From Albugo candida (taxonomy: Eukaryota), in NCBI GenBank assembly GCA_040437565.1, contig JBDOQK010000002.1, positions 62,001-126,000 of the forward strand: DNA of 64,000 nucleotides, in the 5' to 3' direction. Numbering within the stretch: the first letter of the stretch is position 1; each line of letters starts with the position of its first letter. Position numbers and translations under genes: made by a program. The notes beneath the pieces were generated by a model. It was not told the origin of the DNA, did no database searches, and saw only the letters and a list, made by a program, of their open reading frames with translations. Shown in pieces: positions 21,917-32,492 of the stretch.

Positions 21917-24494
21917 TTGGTCAATTCTCCACTCAGTATGAGAAAGATGGATCAATTGGGTACAATGCCGACGAAATGATCGACAACCTTCTGTGTAGCG
22001 CCTTCCAGCTCGATACATTCAATCAGACAGATTTTCAATCGACATTCATGACAAATCTGAATATCCTCATTGAGAAAACCATAAACCGCTTACTTCAATA
22101 TCGAAAAACTAATCAGGAACGAATCCGATTGCACGATAATCAAGATATTGCATCAACTTTGAGGAAGAATTTACAACTGCCAGAAAGTCTTCTTCAGGTA
22201 TAAAATCGTGTATAATAGTTTATGATTCGAATAGTGACTTTGTAGGATCTCTGTACCAAGTTGGAAGATCTGGAGGAACGGTTTACTAAAGTGAGTCTTA
22301 CAGCTGTTCTTATGGGCGATCGACTTGCAGTGCTAGACAACGAGCGACTTCGCGTGATCCAAGCAGATGAGTTTATGCAAGCATTGATCGTACTAAATGA
22401 TCCAATTTCAAGAGTCTCGACCTCCAGCAATCGCATGCTCCAGAAATTACGTGATCCAAGTCAAATACATCAAGCAGCTCAAATTATTGGAAAGCTAATA
22501 GAAATATCAGCGGATATTACTTCACCAGTTCTCCAACCCGCTGTGATGGAGATTGAACGTCTCAGTCAATGTATAGAGAACGATCTTTTGGAAGCATTCA
22601 GTCAAGCCCAATCCGAAGACAACCAGAGTCAAATGCGTCAGTGCGCACTATCACTGGTAGAATTCAATGACCATGAGAAAGTTGCCGATCGCTTTGTGTG
22701 GAATATCATGACCTCACAAATGAAAACGTACTATTTTACCTCACACTCGATTACACTCACACTCACACTCTATATATATCTGTAGACTCAACTCAGAAAC
22801 ACATTCGGTCGACCCAATTCAAGATTTAGAGTCACTTTTCACCAACATCAAACGCATTTGTCAAAAACAATTCAAAGTAATTCAAGACGTATTCCCGCCA
22901 TCCACGTGCTCCATTATCAGCGAATTGCTAGTGGAACGGCTCTTTAGCGATCCGGTTTTTGGTATTTTGGCGTACATTGACCATTTTCTGCGTGCTCCAA
23001 AGCGATCAGAAGCTGATGGATTTATGGGGAAGGATGTAGAGAAATTTGACTACGTTCAACTACTCTGTCGATCGTACGAGAAGACATGCTTTTTGATAGC
23101 AGAAATTGAAAAAATCGATTCCGATTGTCAAATGGAAGGATTATCGAAGGAGCGTATGCGTCCATTTCTCCGATTGCAGCTTCACTCACTTTTTGAGAAT
23201 CATCGACAGCGTTATTTTCAGAGTGAAATCGAATTATTGGAAGAGGAATATTCAGTCATAAAAGAGGGTATTGTACTGCCAAAGCCTCTACCAATCAATC
23301 AGAAGCCTTCCAAAACAAAACAGTCGACCGAAATCACTCCGAGTGCAAGTGCTAGTCCGAATGCCGTAGCATTGAGCCCTGAAAAAGGAAGTTTACCGGT
23401 TCAATTCACCGATTTGAACGCACAACGATTCGAACTACTATTATTTGCGCTAGGGAATCAATCAATTCCCGCGTTTGTGGAGGGATTACGTGCTTGCGTG
23501 CTGCGGAGTGCGATCGTACTTAATGAATCGGAACTGAGGAACGAACTCATTACAAAGCTGTTCGTTTGTTACTGTGTGGCTTTCGGTGAGGATCTTCTAG
23601 GGGTATGAGCGATTCATTGAATTGTGTGATGCACCCTGACTGTTGCAATAGAAAATAGCGAGTTTGGGTGGGGAATTACTTCATGATCCCTTGCTGACGT
23701 ATGACTCTTCGCGGCAATATCTCACCATTCTCGAGGTACCGAGGGCTGTATGCTCGATCGAATGTTTCTTATGAATATTTGTAGCAATTATTGCATCGGG
23801 CAGACAGCATTGAGATAATTTTCGAAGACTTGATACAGGTTTCTCAAGCTGAATCGCCCACACAACTCACGTACGATTCACAATTCAAATGTTGATATAT
23901 CTTATTTGAGTTTGTAGCATTTGTTCTGAGCACAAACGGCGTATTTTGAAGAAATTAGAACAACAAATAGCGGAAAGCTTACACCAATTACTTCTTGTGA
24001 TTGAGAAGCAACTCATTTCACTACTCGGAGCCTTTCAGGAAAAAACAGATTTTCTTGGTTGTGAGTCAAATGTATCACTATCGTGTTCTCCGGCTTGCAA
24101 GCGTTGTGTGGAGTATCTTCAACCAATTATTTCGATTATCCGTCAAGTTTTATGGCATGAAAATCGTGACCGATTGATTTTTCTTGTGGCAGCATCTTTC
24201 AAGAAATTATACCTGCAACATCTAATGAAATTTCGGTTTGATCCTGACGGTGCTTGTATGTTGTTACGCGATTTAGATGCGTATCGTGGATTATTTTCAT
24301 CGTTTCGATATCGAAAAATTGATGAAATGTTTGATATATTGCATGAAATTGCGAATATATTTGCGCTCGTGCCGGAAAATATTGGTGGGTACATTCGTGA
24401 CAGTAAATTAGTCACGCTTCCCAAGCAGCAATTATTGGAATTGGTCAAAAGGCGATGGGATTATAAATCGAATTGTGAAAAGATTCACTTGTGA
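21820..24494 (+). CDS. SEC10: Exocyst complex component Sec10/EXOC5 (multi-exon)
   Basis: N-terminal LEERFTKVSLTAVLMGDRL...ADEFM and C-terminal HLMKFRFDPDGACMLLRDLDAY...LHEIANIF; several GT-AG introns. Confidence 0.88.
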
Positions 24495-25462
24495 GATTCA
24501 AATATAATGTCAGATATTGCGAGCTCGGGTTGTTCGCCTAAGTTTTGTTGGTAGATCTACCTTGAACTCTTCTATTAGGAAGAAACTTTATATCTAAGCT
24601 TCGATAAAGCTGTCAAGTCAGGAGGCAAAAGATGTGACTGCTATAGAGCCGACTGTCAAACTTGCAGTATAATATTTGCTTGGATCTGTTCGTCACTAAA
24701 GCTCGATGTAACTCCAAATAAAAAAAACAGACGATAGATTCTAACAAACACCCTGTAGTCACTGTAGCTTACGACCAAAACCACGGAATCCATTTGGCAA
24801 CAGAGCGATAGCTGAGCCCGATCTTATGGAGGGTTCAAGTCCATGAGCCAGTGAGCATGGCAGTACATTAGTGTCCTACACCATGGGCCAAGAGACTACA
24901 TCACTATCATGTTGTATTAAAGTACAGTGTTCCAGCTAGGATAGATGCGGAGACAGCTACCGTGATTTGTTGTCATGATTACTTATGACTCCAATACTGC
25001 AAAATAAAGCATGTTAGATGGCGAGGTTGATATCAACCTCGCGCAGGTTACGTGAGTGCATCACCAGCGATTACATTATGAATAGTACTGATCGAATTAC
25101 TGAATTCTCGCGACGTGAGCGTGGGTTCGGAAACAAAGTTGAAACGAGTAATGTTTTAAAACGGCTACAGGCGGTTATTGCGAGAGGGTGTCGGTATCTC
25201 TGAAAAGATTACCGTTGCATTTCGTCAGAAATGTTCGGATACGAAAGGTCATAACGGTCAATGACTGTGATACCCTAGCCTTGCATCATAACTTTCCGGA
25301 GTTTGTAACGATGGTAGGCAATTACAGTTAAGCAGTTTTTTCACGCAAAGAAACTCAATCTGCTCAGTTTGTCTAAAGAGATATATTCTCAAAAGTTAAC
25401 AAGCTATTTAAGTGCAAGTACCACGTCACACGATATACGACATTAGTAGCCCGTACAAGGTG

Positions 25463-26497
25463 CTACAGTATGGCAATGTCGGAATGATGATTTGGAGTCT
25501 TAAACGATTGACCATAATTTCCATTGCCCCCGACAGTCTGCAAAGGAGCTGGAGGAACATCGTTCTTTGAAGTTTTTGCATTTTTCCGCTTCTTCATGTA
25601 TACAGTCATTCCAACAACCAACCCGAGTGCGCAGATAATGGAGAAAGGAGCAGCGACCTTTTTCGTAGTGGATGGGCTGCTTCCAGATTTCGTAGTGACG
25701 TGTTGGACATTCTGGTCACCACCATCAGCTTTAGTTTCGATTGGGGGACATGGCTTTTTAGGAGGCACGCTTGAAGATGGTGGGCTTGACGATGGTGAAC
25801 TTGGCGATGGCGGAATTTGTGGAGTAGACGGACTTGGAGAAGGCCCTCCTGGAGCAGTAGTTGAGAATTGTTTATGCACCGGAGTGCATTTCCCTGGTTG
25901 TAATGCCACCGTTACCGATATTACTTGTCCACTTTCTCCAGTGACTTCCACTGACACACTGTTCAGATCAACATTATGCGCATCGACTGTAAAAAAGTTG
26001 TTGCTTTCCATTCTTTTCCCAGTAATGTCACTAATTTTCATGCTTTTGGTCGCTCCAGGCACATTGATAGCTTGAACCGCCAACCAATTCGGATTACTTC
26101 CATCCTTGAGACATAGTTTGAATGTATCAGGCACAGGACAATCCACTTTCGTGAAAATGATTCCTTCTTTAACGCCAGGCGTTTCGTCAATCAACGTCTT
26201 CCATAACTTATCCGTTAAATCTTCGTGAAGATTTTCAGTTCCTGGTAACATATCACTCACCATTGCAGTGATCGTGCGGCCCTTGTAAGTCATCGTATGA
26301 CACGTTCCACACACACCTCCCCCGTTAAAAGCGGATTGGCTGATTGCAAATGTGTACGGGACAAATGGATTTTGTTCCATTTGGCCACAGGCTCCATCAT
26401 TAATTTCGGCGGGAGTCCCATAAACTGTCGCTTCAATTTCGAGCGACGAGGTAAAAGTTGTGAATTGGAGTAAGAAAACGAGCGAGATTAGCCTCAT
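25463..26497 (-). CDS. Expansin-like (EXLX: DPBB + CBM63) protein with signal peptide, Pro/Ser linker and C-terminal TM
   Basis: Signal MRLISLVFLLQFTTFTSS; motifs GACG, GVCGTC and KDGSNPNWLAVQ; TM FSIICALGLVVGMTVYM. Confidence 0.85.
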   Translation of the reverse strand: MRLISLVFLLQFTTFTSSLEIEATVYGTPAEINDGACGQMEQNPFVPYTFAISQSAFNGGGVCGTCHTMTYKGRTITAMVSDMLPGTENLHEDLTDKLWKTLIDETPGVKEGIIFTKVDCPVPDTFKLCLKDGSNPNWLAVQAINVPGATKSMKISDITGKRMESNNFFTVDAHNVDLNSVSVEVTGESGQVISVTVALQPGKCTPVHKQFSTTAPGGPSPSPSTPQIPPSPSSPSSSPPSSSVPPKKPCPPIETKADGGDQNVQHVTTKSGSSPSTTKKVAAPFSIICALGLVVGMTVYMKKRKNAKTSKNDVPPAPLQTVGGNGNYGQSFKTPNHHSDIAIL

Positions 26498-27002
26498 GAG
26501 TGGTTATGCTTTGAAGAGCGAAAATCGAATAATGAGGAGTGTTGGAGTAGCCCGGAATCAATGTAGAAGCCCACCTGACTGAGTATTCCTGCAGTGGATA
26601 AGTACGGACACAGTAGAGGCACACATTCTCATTATATATAGTGGCGCAAGTTGTCTATAACATTTATATCAGTTTTTATGCATATAAAGTACGAAATCGA
26701 TCCAATGACAGGCGACAACTGCTTGGCGTACCCATGGTGACAATGCATTATGGCCAATCACCACTTACGCAACGACCAGATGGTTTGCATCTCGACAGAC
26801 GGCTCAATCTGACCCGTGAGCATGCTCTATGGCGATCTTTGAGGATATTTAGGTATTCCTAATTGATTCTGTTGACTGGCAAATTGCCTTTCCCGAAGAC
26901 GATAGATGGTTCCGAAAAGGAAACTTGAGCAACATTCGTGCGACTATAATGAGCATAATTCGTGTATATACATTTAATAAATGACAAATCTCAAACAACT
27001 CC

Positions 27003-28115
27003 TTATAATACAGCAATGGCGGAGCGTTTGGACGGCGTATTCAGTTTGTGCATCGCTTGACACTTGATCGTGTCTAATGGAAGCGCTACATTGTCTTGTT
27101 TTCTCGACTGAGCACGCATTCTTCTTATAATCCAAGCCAAAAGCAGTATGAAAATCACACCGAACAGTCCGAGCATCCACACGTTTGACATATGCGGTCT
27201 ATTTGTCGGTGTCGAGTGGGAGGCGGAAAATGATATCGGGTATACATTACGGAAAAAATCGTCTTCATGCCTTTCATCCTGTGAAGAGACAGGTTCCACA
27301 TTTGGAGATGCAAAGTCTATTGTGGGAAGCGGTTTGGATTCCGTTTTCGGCGGATTCGTTCTATCGGACATATGTGACGTTGCATGGAATTGCTGATGGC
27401 CTTCGGTACACTTTCCAGCCTGTAAAGAGACGGTGTCTGTGATAGTTTCCCCAGTGAGCGAAGTGAGTGTCACTTTCACTTTAGAGAAATCAGTCTGTAC
27501 GGTATTTTTCGCTTCAAGTAAGTAATAATAAGCCGACTGCACCATCGATGTGTCTTGATACGCAACCGTCAATTTCTTCACACCAGTTACACAGTTTACG
27601 GGTTGTATAGCTGCCCAATAAGGATTGCTACCGGGTTTCAAGCAATACTTTATATTTCCGCTGACTGGACATTCGGCAAATTGCCATCGAATGCGATACC
27701 GATTTGGAGTTGAACCGGTCAAGTCGTGAAAGACCGATATAGAGAGGTCCAAGTCTCCATATGCACACTCGGGACAACGGTCCATTAGATGAACCAGTTT
27801 CCCAACAGACTTTTGAGGGCATCGATCATCATCACAATACACCATTGCACATCGACTACAATGTTTACCGTCATTCCATTGGACATTATTGAGTGCTGCG
27901 TAGTTTTCGATCGCGTATTTCGGATACTCCATCAAGTTGCAGTTACCTGCGGACGGTGGACTCAATGTGTATGCAGTTCCATCTCCGGTAAACCATTGTT
28001 GGTTAGCCATTGTAGAACTAAAGGATATCTTTGCATTGTTAGCACGAAATGACTGATCTTCGATCCAGCCATTTTCCAAAGATTTGACACCAACTTTTAT
28101 CGCTTCTTGAATCAA
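27003..28115 (-). CDS. Expansin-like (EXLX) protein with C-terminal TM; 5' end uncertain
   Basis: Motifs FTGDGTAY, GNC, DRCPECAYGDLDLS and KPGSNPYWAAIQP; TM WMLGLFGVIFILLLAWII. Confidence 0.88.
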   Translation of the reverse strand: MIQEAIKVGVKSLENGWIEDQSFRANNAKISFSSTMANQQWFTGDGTAYTLSPPSAGNCNLMEYPKYAIENYAALNNVQWNDGKHCSRCAMVYCDDDRCPQKSVGKLVHLMDRCPECAYGDLDLSISVFHDLTGSTPNRYRIRWQFAECPVSGNIKYCLKPGSNPYWAAIQPVNCVTGVKKLTVAYQDTSMVQSAYYYLLEAKNTVQTDFSKVKVTLTSLTGETITDTVSLQAGKCTEGHQQFHATSHMSDRTNPPKTESKPLPTIDFASPNVEPVSSQDERHEDDFFRNVYPISFSASHSTPTNRPHMSNVWMLGLFGVIFILLLAWIIRRMRAQSRKQDNVALPLDTIKCQAMHKLNTPSKRSAIAVL

Positions 28116-28605
28116 CGATATAGACTTTAGTCATCCCAATCGACAGCGTCGGACAAAATGCTTTAGTCAATAAGGGTATCATTCTTCATCATTCCGACAT
28201 CTTTTACAAATGCGACAATTATTGACAGCTAGAAGCTTGAGTTTTCACTTTCAAGTCCTACTCCTAGCCTAGCCCCTCATCAAGCTCAAAGACTCGGTAA
28301 AATCAAACATCGTTTGGGAAGTGATATTTGCCTTTGCCTTGTGAGGCCACCGCTGGAAAAAAAATTACTCGAGATAATACTTTACTGTAATTCTATGTGA
28401 TACTACTGGATAAAATAAAGTGGAAAGCAACCAACAAATTCCTTGATTGGCCAACTTCTAAAAACAACCATCAAGTAATGTCAGAGCTAGTCATCCAAAT
28501 NNNNNNNNNNNNNNNNNNNNNNNNNNNNNNNNNNNNNNNNNNNNNNNNNNNNNNNNNNNNNNNNNNNNNNNNNNNNNNNNNNNNNNNNNNNNNNNNNNNN
28601 AAGTA

Positions 28606-29446
28606 ATGTCAGAGCTAGTCATCCAAATGAAAGCGAGTAAACCACGCTCGAGAGCACTCAATAGTGCACACCAAACTCATTTTCCGCTCAAACGAAAGCG
28701 AAAAACAACAATTAACCAACCAAAAAAGCGACAATCATTCCTTGATTTTGGTCAGAAGAGCTTCAAACAATATGAAGTATGCCGTAAATGTGCTTTTCTG
28801 TTTTCCAATGGAGTTGAGGTACATTCCCAATTACAGTCATAAGCTGTATGTTTACACAATTTGAATACAGGAGGACGATATTCAGCACAAAAAATACTGT
28901 AAGCAATTCGCCAAAGGAATTGTGCTCACGAAATGGAAAAATGAACTTCTCCTTCGATCATTTCCAAATGATTCTGATTCAGACGCTCGTATTGTCGAAC
29001 TGCGGTATCCGCTGCACTCGAAAAAGCTTAAGGAGATAAAAACTGTGCTCGATAATGCACTCGGATTTGTTGGAATAGAACAGTTCCAGTCTCGATCACA
29101 CTTTGTATACGTTTTCAGTAATCAAATCGTTGGGTACACTGGCTCTATAAAGATCTCGGAAGCATTCAAGATCCATTCTCACTCTGCAAACGAAACAGAT
29201 GTTCCAACTCCTTTTCAGCTCGATATAGATCCCATTGCTGCTCACGTGGGAATCTGCCAAATGTGGACACATCCTTCTCATCGTCGCAAAGGAATCGCTA
29301 CAAAGCTCATCGATGTGGTGCGAGACACTCTAATTTATGGGTTGAAGATTCATAAAAACCACATCGCATTTAGCCAGCCGACCATCAATGGGTTCGCTTT
29401 TGCCACAAAGTACGTATCACCGCACCCGGTGCTTGCATTTCACTAA
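28606..29446 (+). CDS. ECO1: Cohesin acetyltransferase ESCO/Eco1
   Basis: PIP-like QSFLDFGQK, C2H2 finger CRKC...DDIQHKKYC across an intron (~28818-28870), and GICQMWTHPSHRRKGIA...IAFSQPTING. Confidence 0.92.
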
Positions 29447-29517
29447 TTAGAAAAAATGACTTTGTAAACCTTTTAATCTATTTTTATCAAAGCCGATGCT
29501 TCATTGTGCGTTTTCAA

Positions 29518-30198
29518 ATGAGCTTTTTGGATCGATTTCAGGACAAAATCTCAACTGTGACGGCACACGGTCATTTACGGAAAGCTGATGGAAGTGAAGA
29601 AATTCGTGTGGGGCAGCAAGTACGACGTCAAGCCAAAGCGCCACAGAAGCAAACGAAGGAAGTAAACACACGCACAAACGCCAGTCGCGATGCGTCCCTG
29701 ACGTCTTCGACTGTTGTGAACAGCAGTCGGTCCGATACACAAACCAAACGGCCAGTCATTCAGGAGGTATCGCGAGTGCATCGAGCAGTACATTACGAGC
29801 CATGCACGTTATCTCAATATCGAAAAGAAAAAACCGACGGATACATTGAGCTTGGGAAACTTCAGCCTGATTTATACACGGACCAACTCGTGCAGAAACG
29901 CGCCAATAATCAGCGAATTCGTGAATTCTCTATAACCTTACGGGAGCAAAATAAGACGCAAATAAAGCCAGTGAGAGATGAGCAACCTGCAAGCAAAAGT
30001 CTTTCGGCCCGGGAAAAGGCGATCGAATTTGCTAAAAACATACCCAAACCCAAACCCAGGAGCGAAACGGTGTCCTATGAGAAAGACTCTGATTCATCTC
30101 TTCCCGAATTCTCAGAGGAAGAGGAGACATTAGAGGTTCTGCAACAGCGACATCAGATGTCAAGAGCGCATGTAGAAGCAGTGATGGGCAAGCGATGA
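29518..30198 (+). CDS. JHY-like (ciliary) protein
   Basis: YEPCTLSQYR...LGKLQPD...REFS..LREQN...REKAIEFAKNIPKPK resembles the JHY C-terminal domain. Confidence 0.65.
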   Translation: MSFLDRFQDKISTVTAHGHLRKADGSEEIRVGQQVRRQAKAPQKQTKEVNTRTNASRDASLTSSTVVNSSRSDTQTKRPVIQEVSRVHRAVHYEPCTLSQYRKEKTDGYIELGKLQPDLYTDQLVQKRANNQRIREFSITLREQNKTQIKPVRDEQPASKSLSAREKAIEFAKNIPKPKPRSETVSYEKDSDSSLPEFSEEEETLEVLQQRHQMSRAHVEAVMGKR

Positions 30199-30452
30199 TA
30201 TACATTGCTGTCGTCAGGTACTGTCAACGTTATATACAAAATACTTTATTGTGCAATCGGTAGCCTCTTCATACTTGAACAAAAAAGGGTTTCCTTTGAA
30301 AGACCTCTACTTTATTATACTGGCTATATTGTCGTCACCTAAATCTTTCTCATCCGTACATTCACGTCACATACTTTTGGCAACAGTCACTACGAAATCA
30401 GTCTTTCCGCGTCGTATAAATTAACGTATAGTATCGCCCGCCTGTCTTATTT

Positions 30453-32417
30453 ATGTCAGGAGCACGTCTCGGAGAAAAAACAGCATTATTGGGAAATGCG
30501 CACACGATCGAGCTTCGAACCGAGCTGATCGTGCTCATCTCCATGGCCTTACAAGTGAGTTTATCAACATTTGCTCGAATCGCATTGACATCAATCGATG
30601 CGGCATTTCTGGGTCATCTCGGCACACACGAACTAGCCGCGTCGTCTCTTGCATCCATATGGACCAGCGTTCCTCTCGTTGGCGTATGGGCCGGAGCTTC
30701 GGCTCTAATTACCTTATGCGGGCAAGCTTGGGGCGCGCGCAACCGAGTTCTTACCGGTATTTGGCTGCAAATGGGGTTACTCATAACTTCAATACTGATG
30801 GTACCGGTATTCATCTGGTATTGGTGTGTGGGTTACGTTCTTGCAATTTCAACCAATGACAGCGATGTCGTTCGACTTGGTACGCGTTTCGCTCGGATTC
30901 TCTCTCTGTCCATTTGGCCATCGCTCGTGTATGCGTGCCTGCGTCTCTACCTCCAATCGATGGGCATTATGGCACCTACAACCGTTGTGGGGATCCTTTC
31001 CATTTGTGTCGCAATTGGCGCCAATTATTTCCTCATTTATGGCGGGCTTTGGGGCTGGGAAGGGATTGGATTTGATGGGTCACCATTAGCCACCGTACTG
31101 GCGTCATGGTTCCAGCCAATTGCTCTCGTTTCTTACAGCATTTTATACAAGAAAATGCATCGACAAGCGTGGGGCGGATGGAGTCGGAAAGCGCTCACAA
31201 TGGACCGACTCAAGATATTTGTCAGTATTTCAGGTCCAGTAGCACTCAATAGTCTGATTTCCAACCTCGCTACGTCGGGTATGGCATTGATAGCAGCGAA
31301 TTTGGGATCCAATGTGATTGCAGCAAACGCAGTGATCGGAGGACTATGGAATTTATTATGGGCTTTGTTTTGGGGCTTTGGATGTGCGACACNNNNNNNN
31401 NNNNNNNNNNNNNNNNNNNNNNNNNNNNNNNNNNNNNNNNNNNNNNNNNNNNNNNNNNNNNNNNNNNNNNNNNNNNNNNNNNNNNNNNNNNNAGCGTGGG
31501 GCGGATGGAGTCGGAAAGCGCTCACAATGGACCGACTCAAGATATTTGTCAGTATTTCAGGTCCAGTAGCACTCAATAGTCTGATTTCCAACCTCGCTAC
31601 GTCGGGTATGGCATTGATAGCAGCGAATTTGGGATCCAATGTGATTGCAGCAAACGCAGTGATCGGAGGACTATGGAATTTATTATGGGCTTTGTTTTGG
31701 GGCTTTGGATGTGCGACACAAGTTCGTGTCGCAAACCATTTGGGTGCAAATCGTCCTCAAGCCGCGAAAACAGCGACCATTTTGGGTTTTGGATGCACAA
31801 TTGTGTGTGTGTTTGCATTAGCGATACTCACACACGTATCAAACGATCGGATTTTCGAGATTTACACGAACGATAAAGAGATTTTGGAGCTTTGTATGTG
31901 CGTCAAACCTCTTTTGATTCTCGGTTCCATGCTGCAGTCGATGGAAGTGCTAATGGCGGGTGTGCTCACCGGTATGGGTCAAGTCAAAGTGACAGCATGG
32001 ACGAGTTCATTATCGACTTGGTTTGTGGAGCTTCCTATTGCATACATTGGCGCTGTAGTACTTGATTGGGGATTCCCTGCAATGTGGTGTGCAGTTGTGG
32101 TCATGGAAACGATCAAACTCGCAGTGTATACGTACACATTGCGTCATATCGACTGGCAAGCAATGGCATGGAAGGCGATGGCGACTATGGAAGTGACAAG
32201 CGATAATGAAGCTGATTTGCAACGAGAAGCAATGAACTATGCGATCGCTGAAGCAGAAAACACACCAATTCATGCGAATGTATCGACACCAAATCAAGTG
32301 CATCCGCTTATATTAACGCCATCACGACGTCGACTACGCTGTAGTATAGACGAAGGAATCCGTCAACGCGCCATATTGAGCACATCCAAACGCAACAACT
32401 CATTCTCGCATGTTTGA
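30453..32417 (+). CDS. MATE/MOP flippase family transporter (~545 aa once the gap overlap is collapsed)
   Basis: Motifs AFLGHLGTHELAASSLA, TLCGQAWGA and RVANHLGA, with many TM segments. 31166-31392 is repeated at 31493-31719. Confidence 0.92.
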   Translation: MSGARLGEKTALLGNAHTIELRTELIVLISMALQVSLSTFARIALTSIDAAFLGHLGTHELAASSLASIWTSVPLVGVWAGASALITLCGQAWGARNRVLTGIWLQMGLLITSILMVPVFIWYWCVGYVLAISTNDSDVVRLGTRFARILSLSIWPSLVYACLRLYLQSMGIMAPTTVVGILSICVAIGANYFLIYGGLWGWEGIGFDGSPLATVLASWFQPIALVSYSILYKKMHRQAWGGWSRKALTMDRLKIFVSISGPVALNSLISNLATSGMALIAANLGSNVIAANAVIGGLWNLLWALFWGFGCATXXXXXXXXXXXXXXXXXXXXXXXXXXXXXXXXXXAWGGWSRKALTMDRLKIFVSISGPVALNSLISNLATSGMALIAANLGSNVIAANAVIGGLWNLLWALFWGFGCATQVRVANHLGANRPQAAKTATILGFGCTIVCVFALAILTHVSNDRIFEIYTNDKEILELCMCVKPLLILGSMLQSMEVLMAGVLTGMGQVKVTAWTSSLSTWFVELPIAYIGAVVLDWGFPAMWCAVVVMETIKLAVYTYTLRHIDWQAMAWKAMATMEVTSDNEADLQREAMNYAIAEAENTPIHANVSTPNQVHPLILTPSRRRLRCSIDEGIRQRAILSTSKRNNSFSHV

Positions 32418-32492
32418 ATGGAGTCTTTAGTACAAGCGTAATGAACAGCCAAATGCCAACGTGTTCCCTTCCTATTGCATTGCTGTCCCTTA

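Noticed and set aside
24820-24850. tRNA/SINE B-box-like GGTTCAAGTCC (also GGTTCGACT near 4969)
   Set aside because: No proper T-stem, A-box or cloverleaf could be built.
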